Source: Mobula hypostoma
Lineage: Eukaryota
NCBI RefSeq assembly: GCF_963921235.1
Contig: NC_086098.1
Coordinates: forward strand, 5,704,001 to 5,768,000
Direction: 5' to 3'
Length of the DNA stretch: 64,000 nt
Shown here: positions 38,460 to 50,171 of the stretch, piece after piece
Layout of the letters: each line of letters opens with the position of its first letter
How positions within the stretch are numbered: position 1 is the first letter of the stretch
Program-made: the position numbers and the translations under genes
Notes under the pieces: generated by a model
What the model was told of the DNA's origin: nothing
Database searches by the model: none
Seen by the model: only the letters and a program-made list of their open reading frames with translations

Positions 38460-38918
38460 TGCCCAGCATATTACCGGCACCAGCCTACCCACCAACAAGG
38501 ACATAGATACAGAAAGGTGCCGATAAAGATCCCACACACCCTGCTCACGGACTATTTGTCCCACTCCCATGAGGGAGGAGGTTACATAGCATCCACGCCA
38601 GTAACACCAGACTCAAAAACATAGACCTCTCCCAAGCGGTAAGGCTGATCAACACCTCCACCCACTTACTCCACCACTACTTTATTATTTCCTGTCAGTC
38701 ACCTTATGTAAAGCCAAGCATTACTTTATGGATGTACGATCAATCTATATGTATAAGCTATCTTATGTAGTTATATTGTGTGTTTTTTATTATTGTTTCT
38801 TTATCTTTTATGCTTGCTTTTTTGTACTTCTCCAGATCCAGAGTAACAATTATTTCATTCTCCTTTAAACTTATGTATAGGAGATGACATTAAACAATCT
38901 TGAATCTTGAACTTTGAA
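38460..38918 (+). mobile_element. Rex1/Babar 3' fragment
   Basis: DPTHPAHGLFVPLPxGRR-like remnant and a (TCTTGAA)n tail. Confidence 0.7.
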
Positions 38919-39079
38919 GAACCACTACTAGTATCGTCTGTCTCCTTCCATCAGTGTCACTGAGCATCTCATAGCATTGCATCACCTACTTGGGTTTTCG
39001 TCCCTGACAACATCCTTCAGTGCTCTCCGAAAATATTTTCATCGATATCTCTTCTCTTCATCCTCTGCCAGCAGCATTT

Positions 39080-39350
39080 TACAGACACAGAGATACGGTG
39101 TGAAACAAGCCCTTCCAGCCCACTGAGCTGTGCTTGTCCAGCAACCTACATATTAATCCTAGCCTAATCACAGAACAATTCACAACGACCAGCTGATCTA
39201 CTAGCCAGTATTTCTTTGGATGCGGGAAGAAACCGGAGCATCTGGAGGAAACATTAGCATTCCACGGGAGGACGTATAAATTCCTTACCGAGGACATGGG
39301 AATTGAACTCCAAACGTCGACACCCCAGCTGTAATAGAGTTGTGCTACCA
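39080..39350 (-). mobile_element. HE1/V-SINE-like SINE
   Basis: Reverse complement of TTTCCTCCAGATGCTCCGGTTTCTTCCCGCATCCAAAG and a GAGTTCAATTCC B-box. Confidence 0.75.
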
Positions 39351-39642
39351 CTCTCTGGGATTTTTTTCTGTTTTTCACACAATTCTCTATAGACTTTAGA
39401 GTGTTGTGCATGAAACTCCTAGGACATCAGCAGTTTCTGAGATACTCAAATCACCCTGTCCGACACCAACAATCACTCCACAGATAAAGTTACTTAGATC
39501 ACATTTCTTCCCCCCATTCTGATATTTGGTCTGAACAACAACTGAACCTCTTGACCATGTCTATATGCTTTTATGCATTCAGTTGCTGTCGCATGATTGT
39601 CTCATTAGATAATTATGCTACTGAGCAGGTGTATCTAATAAA

Positions 39643-40062
39643 CCTCCCAGAGGACCTCAACCTTGTCGTGGTTTGGAGGCTTGTGTGCATCAGTGACCTG
39701 AAGAGTTATGCTGGCTGGAGTCAGGGCTTTATGCTTTGGCTCTTGATAGGGTCACTCATGCCAAACAGGTCAAAGGGTAGAGGCCAGACTAAGAATGGTT
39801 CACCGCTCCTCCAGGTTTGGGGGTTCAACTCAGGGCTAACAACCCTGACTGGTAAAATCAAACTGTTACGGAAACAGCAATGAGGAATCCTACATCTGAG
39901 TGCAATGGTATTCCGGTGTGTCCACTTGGGACTTACATGGCCGACAGTCGTGAAAACCAAGAGGAAGCTACTGGCATGATTAAGGAAACCCTGGACATCA
40001 CCGGTGGTGGAGGACCTTCATTGCTGTTCTAAACGGCAACGGCATAACAGGCAGTAAGTAAG
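39643..40062 (+). mobile_element. Non-autonomous RTE-derived element (family B, copy 1), inserted in a MITE TIR
   Basis: RTE-type 5' motif ACCTTGTCGTGGTTTGGAGGCTTG...CAGTGACC, 3' TGGAGGACCTTCATTGCTG, and an (AGTA)n tail. Confidence 0.75.
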
Positions 40063-40237
40063 AACCTAGAAACTGGCCACTAAGTACATATTGGCATTTC
40101 ATTGGTAAGTGTGGTTTCATTTTTCAACCTCCTTAGCGCTGAGACCTCCTCCTCATATTTTGTGGTTCCTCTTGCTCTGCTTCTAAGGCTCCCTTAGATT
40201 ATGTATTTCTTTCATTTGTCACACTACCCATTACGTA

Positions 40238-40667
40238 AATAATAATAGTCTGTTACACCTCTGGCGTTTAGACCAGCAATGAAGGGTCATCCATCTCTGG
40301 TGGTGTTCAGGGCTTCCTTCATCATGTCAGTAGCCTCCTCTCAGTTTTCACTACTGTCAGTCATGCAAGTCCCATGTGGAGACTCAGGAATACCATCGCA
40401 CTCAGACGGAGAAGGATTCTTCACTGCTGTTTCTGTAACAATTTTTGTTTTACCAGTCAGGGTTGTTAGCCCTGAGCTGAACCCTCGAACCTGGAGGAGC
40501 GGTGAACCATTCTTTGTCTGGCCTCTACCCTTTGACCTGTTTTGGCATGGATGACCCTATGAAGAGCCAAAGCATAAAGCCCTGACTTCAGCCAACATAA
40601 CTCTGGGGGGTCACTGAGGCACACAAGCCTCCAAACCCAACGAGGAGGTGGTGGTCCTCTTGAAAGG
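40238..40667 (-). mobile_element. Non-autonomous RTE-derived element (family B, copy 2)
   Basis: Reverse-complement colinear with 39643-40062, with a (TAT)n tail. Confidence 0.75.
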
Positions 40668-41574
40668 TTTATTACTTGTTCAATGTAAAAATCTTATCTG
40701 ATTTATGCTTGTGCAAAGCAACTTGAGATGCTTTACAATATTAAAGATACTTAGTATGAGCATTGTGCCAGATGAAAGATCTGGCTGTTGCTCACTTGTT
40801 GGCATTTTAGTGGTCAATTTAGCCCTCTTAAAATGAAGAAAGGTACAAGCCTGACACGTCCCACATCAACAGCGTATTTGAGAAATTAGACTGCATGACT
40901 GGCACACAATGTTTGGCCGTCAACTGGCTGATGAAGCAAATGCCTGAAATCCATTTGTCTGAACGAACAGTGTGAAAAATTGAAGCAGTTTTCCAGAAAG
41001 GCCTCTGAATGCTTCAAAAACCTTTTTATTTGACAGAAGAATAGCAATGGATAAATGCGGCAATTAACTTGCTCATTGCAATGGATATGAATAAGCATTT
41101 ATCTTCCACTCCCACTGGTCTCAACAATGTAAAGAATTTTGATGAAAGAAGAGAATTACCTGCTCCTCTGGTGATAGTACAATAGGGGTTTTGACCTTCT
41201 CCTGAACAGGTTGAGGTTTCACTTCTAAATATAGTGGGTCGTGTAGCCTTTAGTGAAATGTGAACACAGCACCAGCCATCCGGGTTCCTTTCCAGCAATT
41301 TATACGTTCTCCCCATAACTGTATGTACCTCCTCCAGGTGCTCTGGTTCCCACCTACATTCCAAAGATGTAAGGGTTAAAGAGATTTAAAGATTAATTTT
41401 ATTTGTACATTTACTGTAAATATCAAAACATAGAGTGAAATGCGTTGTTTTGTGTCAACGACCAACAGTCGGAGGATGTGCTGAGGGCAGCTCGCAGTGT
41501 TGCCATGCTTCGAATGCCAACATTGTATGCCTACAATTTACTTACCTTAACCTGTATACCTTTGTAATTTGCAG

Positions 41575-42632
41575 TTTCCTTCCATGATTTTTGCTCCCTC
41601 TGTGATTCCCTTTTCCACTTGTCCCTCCCCACTAGACTCCCTCCCCGCACTTATCCTTGTAACCTGGCTATTCACCTTCTCCCTCATCTCCATTCAGGGC
41701 CCCAGACAGTCCTTTCAGGTGAGGCAACACTTCACCTGAGAATTTGCTGGGGTCACCAATTGTATCCAGTGCTCCCGATGTAGCCTCCTCTACATTGGTG
41801 AGACCAGTTGTAAATTGGGGGACTGCAATGTCGAGCATCTCTGTACAATCCACCACAAGTAGGACTTCCCAGTAGCCAAACATTTTAATTCTGATTTTCA
41901 TTCCCATTCCAACACGTCAGCCATGGGCTTCTCCTGTGTCAAGATGAGGTCGTCCTCAGGATGGAGGAGCAACAGCATATATTCTGTCTGGGTAACCTCC
42001 AACCTGATGATATCAATATCAGTTTCTCCTTCTGGTTAAAAAAAAAAATTCCATCCTTCCTCTCTTCTATTCCCCACTCTGCACTCTTAACTCTGCTCAC
42101 CTGCCTAGTACCAGAAAGTAGTTTCCTCTTCCTTCCCTTTCTCCTATCAGATTCCACTTGCCTCTCCTATCCTAATCTGTGTTGAGCATGTGGCCAAGTG
42201 GTTAAGGCATTCGTCTAGTTACCTCAAGGTCGCTAGTTTGAGCCTCAGCTGTGGCAGTGTGTTTGTGCCCTTGTGCAAGACACTTAACCACACATTGCTC
42301 TAGTGTCTGTGCAAGGAGTGGCGCCCCACACAGACTTCCAACCTGCACCTTGTAAAGCATGAAAATGCCCGACGCAGGCCTCTCATGGTCTGAGTCGACG
42401 TTCCCTCCCCTCCCCTCCCCCCTCCCTCCCCCTCCATCCCTTTACCTTTCCCATCCACCTGGCTTCACTTATCACCTTCCAACTAGCCTCCATCCCCTCC
42501 CCCTACCATTTTATTCTGGCATGTCCTCCTTCCTTTCCAGCCCAGATGAATCTTCTCAGCTCGAAATGTCGATGGTTATTCCTTTCCTTAAATCTGCGAG
42601 GCCTGCTGAGTTTCTCCAGCATTCTGTGTGTC
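41575..42632 (+). mobile_element. Penelope-like element 3' part (GIY-YIG + pseudo-LTR), interrupted by SINE 42177-42405
   Basis: CIQCSRCSLLYIGET, PVAKHFN and EEQQHIFCLGNLQPDDIN, then a pyrimidine-rich tract and a degenerate hammerhead at ~42540-42575. Confidence 0.85.
42177..42405 (+). mobile_element. tRNA-headed CORE-like SINE, variant 3' half
   Basis: Same head and CORE as 37281-37600, but a different tail (...GGCCTCTCATGGTCTGAGTCGACGTT). Confidence 0.75.
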
Positions 42633-42929
42633 CATCTTTGGAATGTGGGAGAAACTGAAGCACCCGGTGGGAAGGCACGTCATGTAGTAACGGCAAGAAC
42701 ACAGAAATTGCTTGGAAGCAGTGGCTCCATTGCTGAGGCTGTACGGTGTTGGGCTAACTGCTACACTACTGTGCCTTGCACACAGTTAATTGGTTTTATT
42801 ATTTGCTTGGATGTATTTGGGCAGCACAGGTTCATCGGACTGGAAGAGCATGTTACCGTGGTCTTTCTCTAAATAGGTAAATAAATCATCTGAAAGGCAG
42901 CATCTTCAGCAAAGAGCATTTGTTACCCC

Positions 42930-43778
42930 CTCAAACCTATTCTCCTGTCTTCTCCCCATTATCTTTCATGCTCCTACTTTTCAAGAATCTACCCACCTCC
43001 ATTTTAAATATACCCAATGACAGCATCCTCAGCCAGCAGTGTCAATAAATTTCGGATTCACTACCCTCCAGCCAAAGAAATTCCTCTAAATGGATGCACT
43101 TCTATTCTAAGGCTGTGCCCTCTGGTCCTAGACTCTCCCTTGCTAGGAAGCATCCTCACCATGTCCACTCTATCTAGGCCTTACAATATCTGATAGGTTT
43201 CAGTGAAATCTGCTCTTATTCTTTTAAACTCCAGTGAGTACGGACCCAGAGCAATCAAACGTTCTTCATAAGTTAACCCTTTCATTCCATAAAACCATAA
43301 GACATTGGAGTAGAATTAGGCTATTCAGCCCATCGAGTCCACTCCGCCAGATCCCGCTCAAACACATACACCTGCTTGCTCACCATATCCCTTGATGTCC
43401 CTGAGCGATCAGGAATTTATCAGCTTATACTCTGCTTTGAATATATCCATGGACATGGCCTCCACCACAGCATTCCACAGATTCACCTCTATTCTAAAAT
43501 GTTGCCCCTCAATTTTGAGGTTGTGCCCTCTCGTTCTGGATTCCCCCACCAGAGGAAACATGCTCTCCACATGTTGGTCCTTCCTGGGATTATTCTTGCA
43601 AACTTCTTCTGGACCCCCCAATACCAGCAAATCCTTTATTAGATAAGGGGCCCAAGATTGCTCACAATGCTCCAAGTGCAGTCTGACTAATGCCTTATAA
43701 AGACACAGCATTACATCATTTCTTTTATATTCTAGTCCTTTTGAAATGAATACTAACATTGCATCTGCCTTCCTCATC
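42930..43778 (-). mobile_element. Two nested/adjacent CR1 3' fragments
   Basis: ORF 43409-43777 has KALVRLHLEHC...ESRTRGH. CR1 tail at 43290-43340. Confidence 0.8.
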
Positions 43779-44048
43779 GAAGGAGTAGTTATTTGTTACA
43801 GAAGACAAAAGGTGTGAGTGAACTTGTTATTGACATGGCACAAATGCCATGTAGTTAATAGTTGGGTCAATCAGGTCTTTATTTACTGAAGTTTTTAGAA
43901 GAATGAGCGGAGATCCCTATAAAATATATGTTAGTGTGGCAGGGACTGAAAGGCTGGCTGTGGGAATTGAAAACTAAGCATCTGGAACACAACACCACCG
44001 AAATAAGGATAAATTTCTTCACTCAGAGTCCAAACCTGAGGATAGCCT

Positions 44049-44705
44049 AAACACAAGGAATTCTGCAGATGCTGGAAATTCAAGCAACACACACCAAAGT
44101 TGCTGGTGAACGCAGCAGGCCAGGCAGCATCTCTAGGAAGAGGTAAACATTTTAATTTCACATCCCATTCCCATTCTGACATGTCTATCCACGGCCTCCT
44201 CTACTGTAAAGATGAAGCCACACTCAGGTTGGAGGAACAACATCTTATATTCCGTCTGGGTAGCCTCCAACCTGATGGCATGAACATTGACTTCTCTAAC
44301 TTCTGCTAATGCCCCTCCTCCCCCTCGTACCCAATCTGTTATTTATTTATATACACACATTCTTTCTCTCTCTCTCCTTTTTCTCCCTCTGTCCCTCTGA
44401 CCATACCCCTTGCCCATCCTCTGGGTTTTCCCCCCCTCCCCCTTTTCCTTCTCCCTGGGCCTCCTGTCCCATGATTCTCTCATACCCCTTTTGCCAATCA
44501 CCTGTCCAGCTCTTGGCTCCATCCCTCCCCCTCCTGTCTTCTCCTATCGTTTTGGATCTCCCCCGTCCCCTCCCACTTACAAATCTCTTACTATCTCTTC
44601 CTTCAGTTAGTCCTGACGAAGGGTCTCGGCCCGAAACGTCAACTGTACCTCTTCCTAGAGATGCTGCCTGGCCTGCTGCGTTCACCAGCAATTTTGATGT
44701 GTGTT
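44049..44705 (+). mobile_element. Penelope-like insertion with inverted pseudo-LTR ends and 15-bp TSD
   Basis: TSD ACCTGAGGATA(G/A)CCT at 44034-44048 and 44706-44720. 60-bp inverted arms at 44086-44145 and 44646-44705. GIY-YIG C-terminus HFN...RLEEQHLIFRLGSLQPDGMN. Confidence 0.9.
44607..44646 (+). ncRNA. Minimal type I hammerhead ribozyme motif (Penelope pLTR)
   Basis: AGTC-CTGACGA-A-GGG-TCTCGG-CCC-GAAAC-GTC^AACT, with palindromic ACGT as stem III. Confidence 0.7.
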
Positions 44706-47700
44706 ACCTGAGGATAACCTGTTGGATGAGGTGATATTGATCAGGAGGTTCTCTGGAAGTCAAGAATGGGCCATGAACTTAGTAGTTCCAGTCATTTTAT
44801 GAAGTGTTAGGAGAACAAAGAATGAGCAAAGAAAATACAAAGAAAAGTAAGTTGTGGTCATCTCATCCTCAGACTAGACATTACAGATTCAAGTGGCATG
44901 TCATCTGCAATGAAAAAACCTGAGATGCTTCTCGTAAACTACAGAATCAGCAGTACCACAATTAATAGCAAATTTACTGAACAATTTCGGAGATGAGGAG
45001 GAATTTCTTTAGTCATACAGTGGTGAAACTGTGGAATTCATTGCCACGGGCAGCTGTAGAGTCTTTGGGTATATTTAAGGCAGATTTTGATAGGTTCTTG
45101 ATTGATCAGGGCATAAATGGATACAGGGGGAAGACAGGAGAGCGAGGCTGAGGGGAAAATTGGATCAACCATGATGAAATGATCAATTGGTCAAATGGCC
45201 TAATTCTGCTCCTATATCTTTTGGTCTTTTTTCAGACATATAAGTGATTATATAAAATTATAAGCAAACATAGGAAATTAAAATACAAGGGAAAAACTAG
45301 AAAAAGTAATAATTTCACACCCTAATCCAATAGCTCTTTCTCCTAACATTCAGCAACTTTACGTAGCCCTGATGGAAGCCGTTTTCCTGTTCTAAAAAAT
45401 ACTCTATCTATATTAATTTCTTCAATAACCAGCCTGATCAGAATTCTTCTGGCCACCCCTTTACAGACAACTCTACATTCTTGATGGGGGCTGATTCCTG
45501 TCGTCGGGAAATGAGGTAGATGTCTACCAAGCTCCCTCTGCTTAGCCTATTTGAGACACTGTTGCTTGGACAGCTTGTTCCAATTAAGTGTTGTTCCCAA
45601 GAATAACATGTCTTAAATTCCATCTTGTGAGGGGACTTATGAATTCTTCAGAAATAAATTACCTGTAAAATAGATAACTTGGAAAGCCATTTAAGTCTTT
45701 ATGACAAGATCATTCTGATCAGTTTCCCAGTAGTTCAAAAAAAAAGATGAGGAAATTAGTGGATTCCATGAACAATCAGGCACTTTCTGAGATCTTTTCT
45801 ACTGACATATTTTCAGTGCCTGGTATGTGGCAATGTTACTTGCTTGCAATGCTTTTGTAAAGAAATTTAATTCCGTGAGCATGTCGTGTTAACATAGCTT
45901 TGCTTTCTTTCGTTATATCTGAGCCTCCTAAGAAGGCTCAAGTGCAAACGTTGAATGTGTAGAGCAGATGATTTCTCCAGCTTTTAGTTAAATGACACAA
46001 ATGACAAGTAAAACTCCCACCTGGGTTTGAGGTTAAAATATTTCCCTCATATCTTAGGGGGGGGGGTATGGCAGTGTAGCAGTTAGCATATCTTTATTAC
46101 AGCGCCATCAACCTGGGTTCAAATCCTCTGACTTATGAAAGCATAACATGCACCTTCTTCACTCTTAAGAACATTGTGGCCTTCTTTTTTCCTGAGAAGG
46201 TTGCGACAGTGAGCTGGTATCTTAAAATCGCCGTGGGCCCTTCCAACAAATTTTCTCTCACATATCGGAAACAACAGGGCATGCAGCAGTCTTAAGGTGA
46301 GAGATTGGTGATTTAAGGAGGATCCTAAGGGGATTTTATTTTTTTTTTACGCAGAGAATGGTTGAATGTGGGTCGAATCAGACACAAATCACCAATTTTA
46401 AGAGACATTTAGGTGGGCATAAATAGGCCAGGAATACAAAGATATGGTGTTCGTGCGGGCATTTGGGAGTAATATAGACGGGTAAAAATGTCGGTATAGA
46501 CTTGGCACTATGGTAGCAGAGCGGATAACACTGTGGCAGAGATCACCGAGTGGGTTCGGTCCCCGCTGCTGTCCATAAGGAGTTTGTTTTCCTTTGCATG
46601 CTCTGGTTTCCTCCCACATTCCAAAGATACATGGCCAGGGTTAGTAAGTTGTGGGAATGCTATGTTGGCGGTGAAAATGTGTTGACACTTTTGAGCACAA
46701 ATAATGCATTTCCCTGTATGTTTTGATGAATATATGACAAACAAAGGTGATCTTTAGAGAATTAAGTCTTTAGATCTAATCTTCTTTAGGCAGACCAAAA
46801 GGCCTATTTCCGTGCTGTACATCTCAGACTCCTTAAAGCACACGAGTCACAGGGAGAAAATGGAAGTTCTGCACAGACAGCATCAGAGGTTAGGATTGAA
46901 GCCGTGATGCTATAAAACAGCATCTTTACTGACTGCACTACAGACAGCTTCACGTACAAGAAATAGAGCCTCCCTTTCATTATTAAATTTAAATTAGGCA
47001 CCAAATTAGATAGTGTGAATTTGATTTAAAAATATTAATGAAGAGCTACACATTTGGAAATTGGAACTCCCATAGGGACTAGAGCTTGACGTATTGAAAG
47101 TACGCAATGAATATAGTACTAGTCCTCCTTTTTAAATTGTTGGATCTTCCATCCGCATACTCATCTACTCATGTTGGTAGTTGTGAGTAACAGGGAACAA
47201 GGAGGAGTTCAAGGTTCCCTTCAAGACCAACACTTCTGGGAATGTTTTCTCCACCTTCTAGTTTTAATGGCAACAAAAGTAAGTCAAAGGCACCAGTTAC
47301 AAATTAAAATTAAACCTCAGGTACCTATAGAGAAGGTATAGATAACTGCTCAGTCAGTACATTAGGATTTACACATAAATATTCTATAGCAGATAATTGT
47401 TTCAACAGAACTATTCATCTGATCACACACATGCTTTGTAATAAACTTCAATGTTGAGCTGACAAAAAGATATTTGCAAATAATGAAGTTATCATTCATC
47501 AAAATTTACTACAGTGCTAATAGTTATCAACAAGGACCCCCACCACCCAGGTCATGCTTCCTTCTCTCTATTGTCACCAGGAAGAAGGTAGAGGTGCCTC
47601 AGGACTCACACCACCAGGTTCAGAAATAGTTATTACTCCTCAACCATCAGGCTCTTGAACTAAAGAGGATAACTTCACTTGCCCCATCTCTGAACAGTTC

Positions 47701-47948
47701 CCATAACCCATGAACTGTTCCCATAACCTTTGAACTTTTATTCCCATGTTCCAAATAATTATTGCTTATTTATTATTTTTATTGTGTTTTTTTTTCTAAG
47801 CTCAAGCTGGTAAAATCTGAGGTACAGGCATAGCCAAACAAGTCAAGTCAAGACAAATCAAGTTTATTGTTATTTAACTACATACATGTACACTATCAAA
47901 TGAGACAAAGTTTCTCCAAACCAGGGTGTAAAGCACAGTAGTATACCT

Positions 47949-48291
47949 CTTCTTCTTCTTCAGTTGTCCATCGAAATCCAATGACGACGTTCACTCCTTT
48001 GTTGGCGCGTGGCCAAGTGGTTAAGGCGTCGGTCCGGTGATCTGAAGGTCGCCAGTGCTCACGCTGAGGCAACGTGTTGTGTCCTTGAGCAAAGCACTTA
48101 ACCACACATTGCTCTGTGACGACACCGGTGCCAAGCTGTATCGGCCCTAGTGCCCTTCCCTTGGACAACATCAGTGGCGTAGAGAGGGGAGACTTCCAGC
48201 ATAGGCAACTGCCGGTCTTCCATACAGGCCTACGCCCCGGAAATCTTCCAAGGTGCAAATTCATGGTCTCACAAGACTGACGGGTGCCTAT
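47949..48291 (+). mobile_element. CORE-like SINE preceded by an inverted ~50-bp RTE 3' end, within one TSD
   Basis: TSD TAGTATACCT at 47939-47948 and 48292-48301. Confidence 0.8.
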
Positions 48292-48454
48292 TAGTATACC
48301 TAACCCACATATAACCCACAAAAACATAGGAAAGTATGGATAAAATCTACAGATGAATGGTGCATAAATAATCAAACTAAAGTGCATACATTAAATATTG
48401 TAAGGTACAGAACAGATTAACTGGTGACACTTGGAATGCGGAAACAAAGATCAA

Positions 48455-49380
48455 ATTTGCAAATGCTGGAAATCAAAGCAACATACACACAGTGCTAGAA
48501 GAACTTAGCAGGCGAGGCAGCATCTATGGAAGAGAAACAGACACCTTTTTGGGCCAGGACCCCTCTTCAGGAATGGGGAAAAAAGGTGAGAAGTCAGAGT
48601 AAGAAGGTGAGGGGAGTGGAGGAAGAAGTACACGGTGGTAAGTGATTGATGAAACTGGGAGAGGGGAAGTGGTGAAGTAAAGAGCAGGGAAGTTGATAGG
48701 TAAAGGAGATAAAGAGCTGGAGAAGGGGGAATCTGATAGGAGAAGGTAGAAAACCATGGAAGAAAGAGAAGCAGGAAGAGCATCAGAGGGAGGTGATGGG
48801 CAAGTAAGGAGATAAGGTGAGAGAGGGAACCAGGAATGGGGAATAATGAAGCAGGGTGGGCAATTACCAAAAGTTCGAGAACTCGACATTCATGCCATCA
48901 GGATGGAGGCTACCCAAACGGAATATAAGGTGTTGCTCCTGCAACCTGAGTGTGGCCTCATTACAGAATAAAGGAGGCCATGGACTGACATGTTGGAATA
49001 GGAATAGGAAGCAGAATTGAAATGGACGGCTACCAGGAGATCCTGCTTTTTCTGGTGGATGGAGACAGGTGCTTGATGAAGCAGCCTTCTATCAGGTCTC
49101 TCCGATATATAGGAGGTCACAGTGGGAGCACCGGATACAACAGATGACTCCAACAGATTCATAGGCAAAGTGTCGCCTCACCTGGAAGGACTGTTTGGGG
49201 CCGTGAATGGTAGTGAGTGAAGAGGTGTAGGGGCAGGTGCGGCACTTGTTCCGTTTGCAAGGATAAGTACCAGGATGCAGGTCAGAGGGCGGGGATGAAT
49301 GGACAAGCAAGTTCCATAGGGCGTGATCCCTCCAGAAAGCAGAATGTAGTTGTGGGGGGGAGGAGGGAAAGATGTGCTTG
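48455..49380 (-). mobile_element. Penelope-like element 3' part (GIY-YIG + pseudo-LTR)
   Basis: PGTYPCKRNKCRTCPY...ICCIRCSHCDLLYIGET, with a degenerate hammerhead at ~48538-48575. Confidence 0.85.
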
Positions 49381-49460
49381 GAATGAAATTGCAACAGGGA
49401 GTTCAGAAAGTTGATGGCCTGAGGAAAGAAACTGTCTCCCATCCTGGCGGTTCATTGGAA

Positions 49461-50170
49461 GAGTAGCTTCATCTTGACAGTAGAGGAGGCCATGGATAGC
49501 CATATCAGAATGGGAATGGGATGTGGAATTAAAATGTGTGGCCACTGGGAGATCCTGCTTTCTCTGGCGGACAGAGCGTAGGTGTTCACGTCCCATTCCC
49601 ATTCTGATATATCAATCCATGGCCTCCTCTACTGTCAAGATGAAGTCACTCTCAGGTTGGAGGAACAACACCTTATATTCCGTTTGGGTAGCCTCCAACC
49701 TGATGGCATGAACATTGATTTCTCTAACTTCCGTTAATGCCCCACCTCCCCTTCTTACCCCATCCCTTATTTACTTATTCCCCCCCCTCTTTTTCTCCTC
49801 TCTCTGCCCCTCTCACAATTACTCCTTGCCTGCTCTCCATCTGGGCTCCCCTCCCCCTTTCTTTCTCCCTAGGCCTCCCGTCCCATGTTCCTCTCCCTTC
49901 TCCAGCTCTGTATCCCTTTTGCCAATCAACTTTCCAGCTCTTAGGTATATCCCTCTCCCTCCTGTCTTCTCCTATCATTTCAGATCTACCCCTCTCTCTA
50001 CCACTCCCACTTTCAAATCTCTTACTACCTCTTCTTTCAGTTAGCCCTGACAAAGGGTCTTGGCCTGAAATGTCCACTGTGCTTCTTCCTACAGATGCTG
50101 CCTGGCCTGCTGCGTTCACCAGCATTTTGTGTGTGTTGTTTGAATTTCCAGCGTCTGCAGATTTTCTCAT
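49461..50170 (+). mobile_element. Penelope-like fragment with 5' inversion
   Basis: 49461-49525 is the inverted repeat of 49587-49651. GIY-YIG C-terminus, and pLTR with degenerate hammerhead CTGACAAAGGG...CCTGAAATGTC at 50047-50074. Confidence 0.85.
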
Positions 50171-50171
50171 G

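Noticed and set aside
40700..41260. Apparently unique sequence as a conserved non-coding element
   Set aside because: Conservation cannot be judged without alignments.
47190..47285. Possible plus-strand exon ending at AAAA|GTAAGT
   Set aside because: Several frames and acceptors are possible, with no discriminating evidence.
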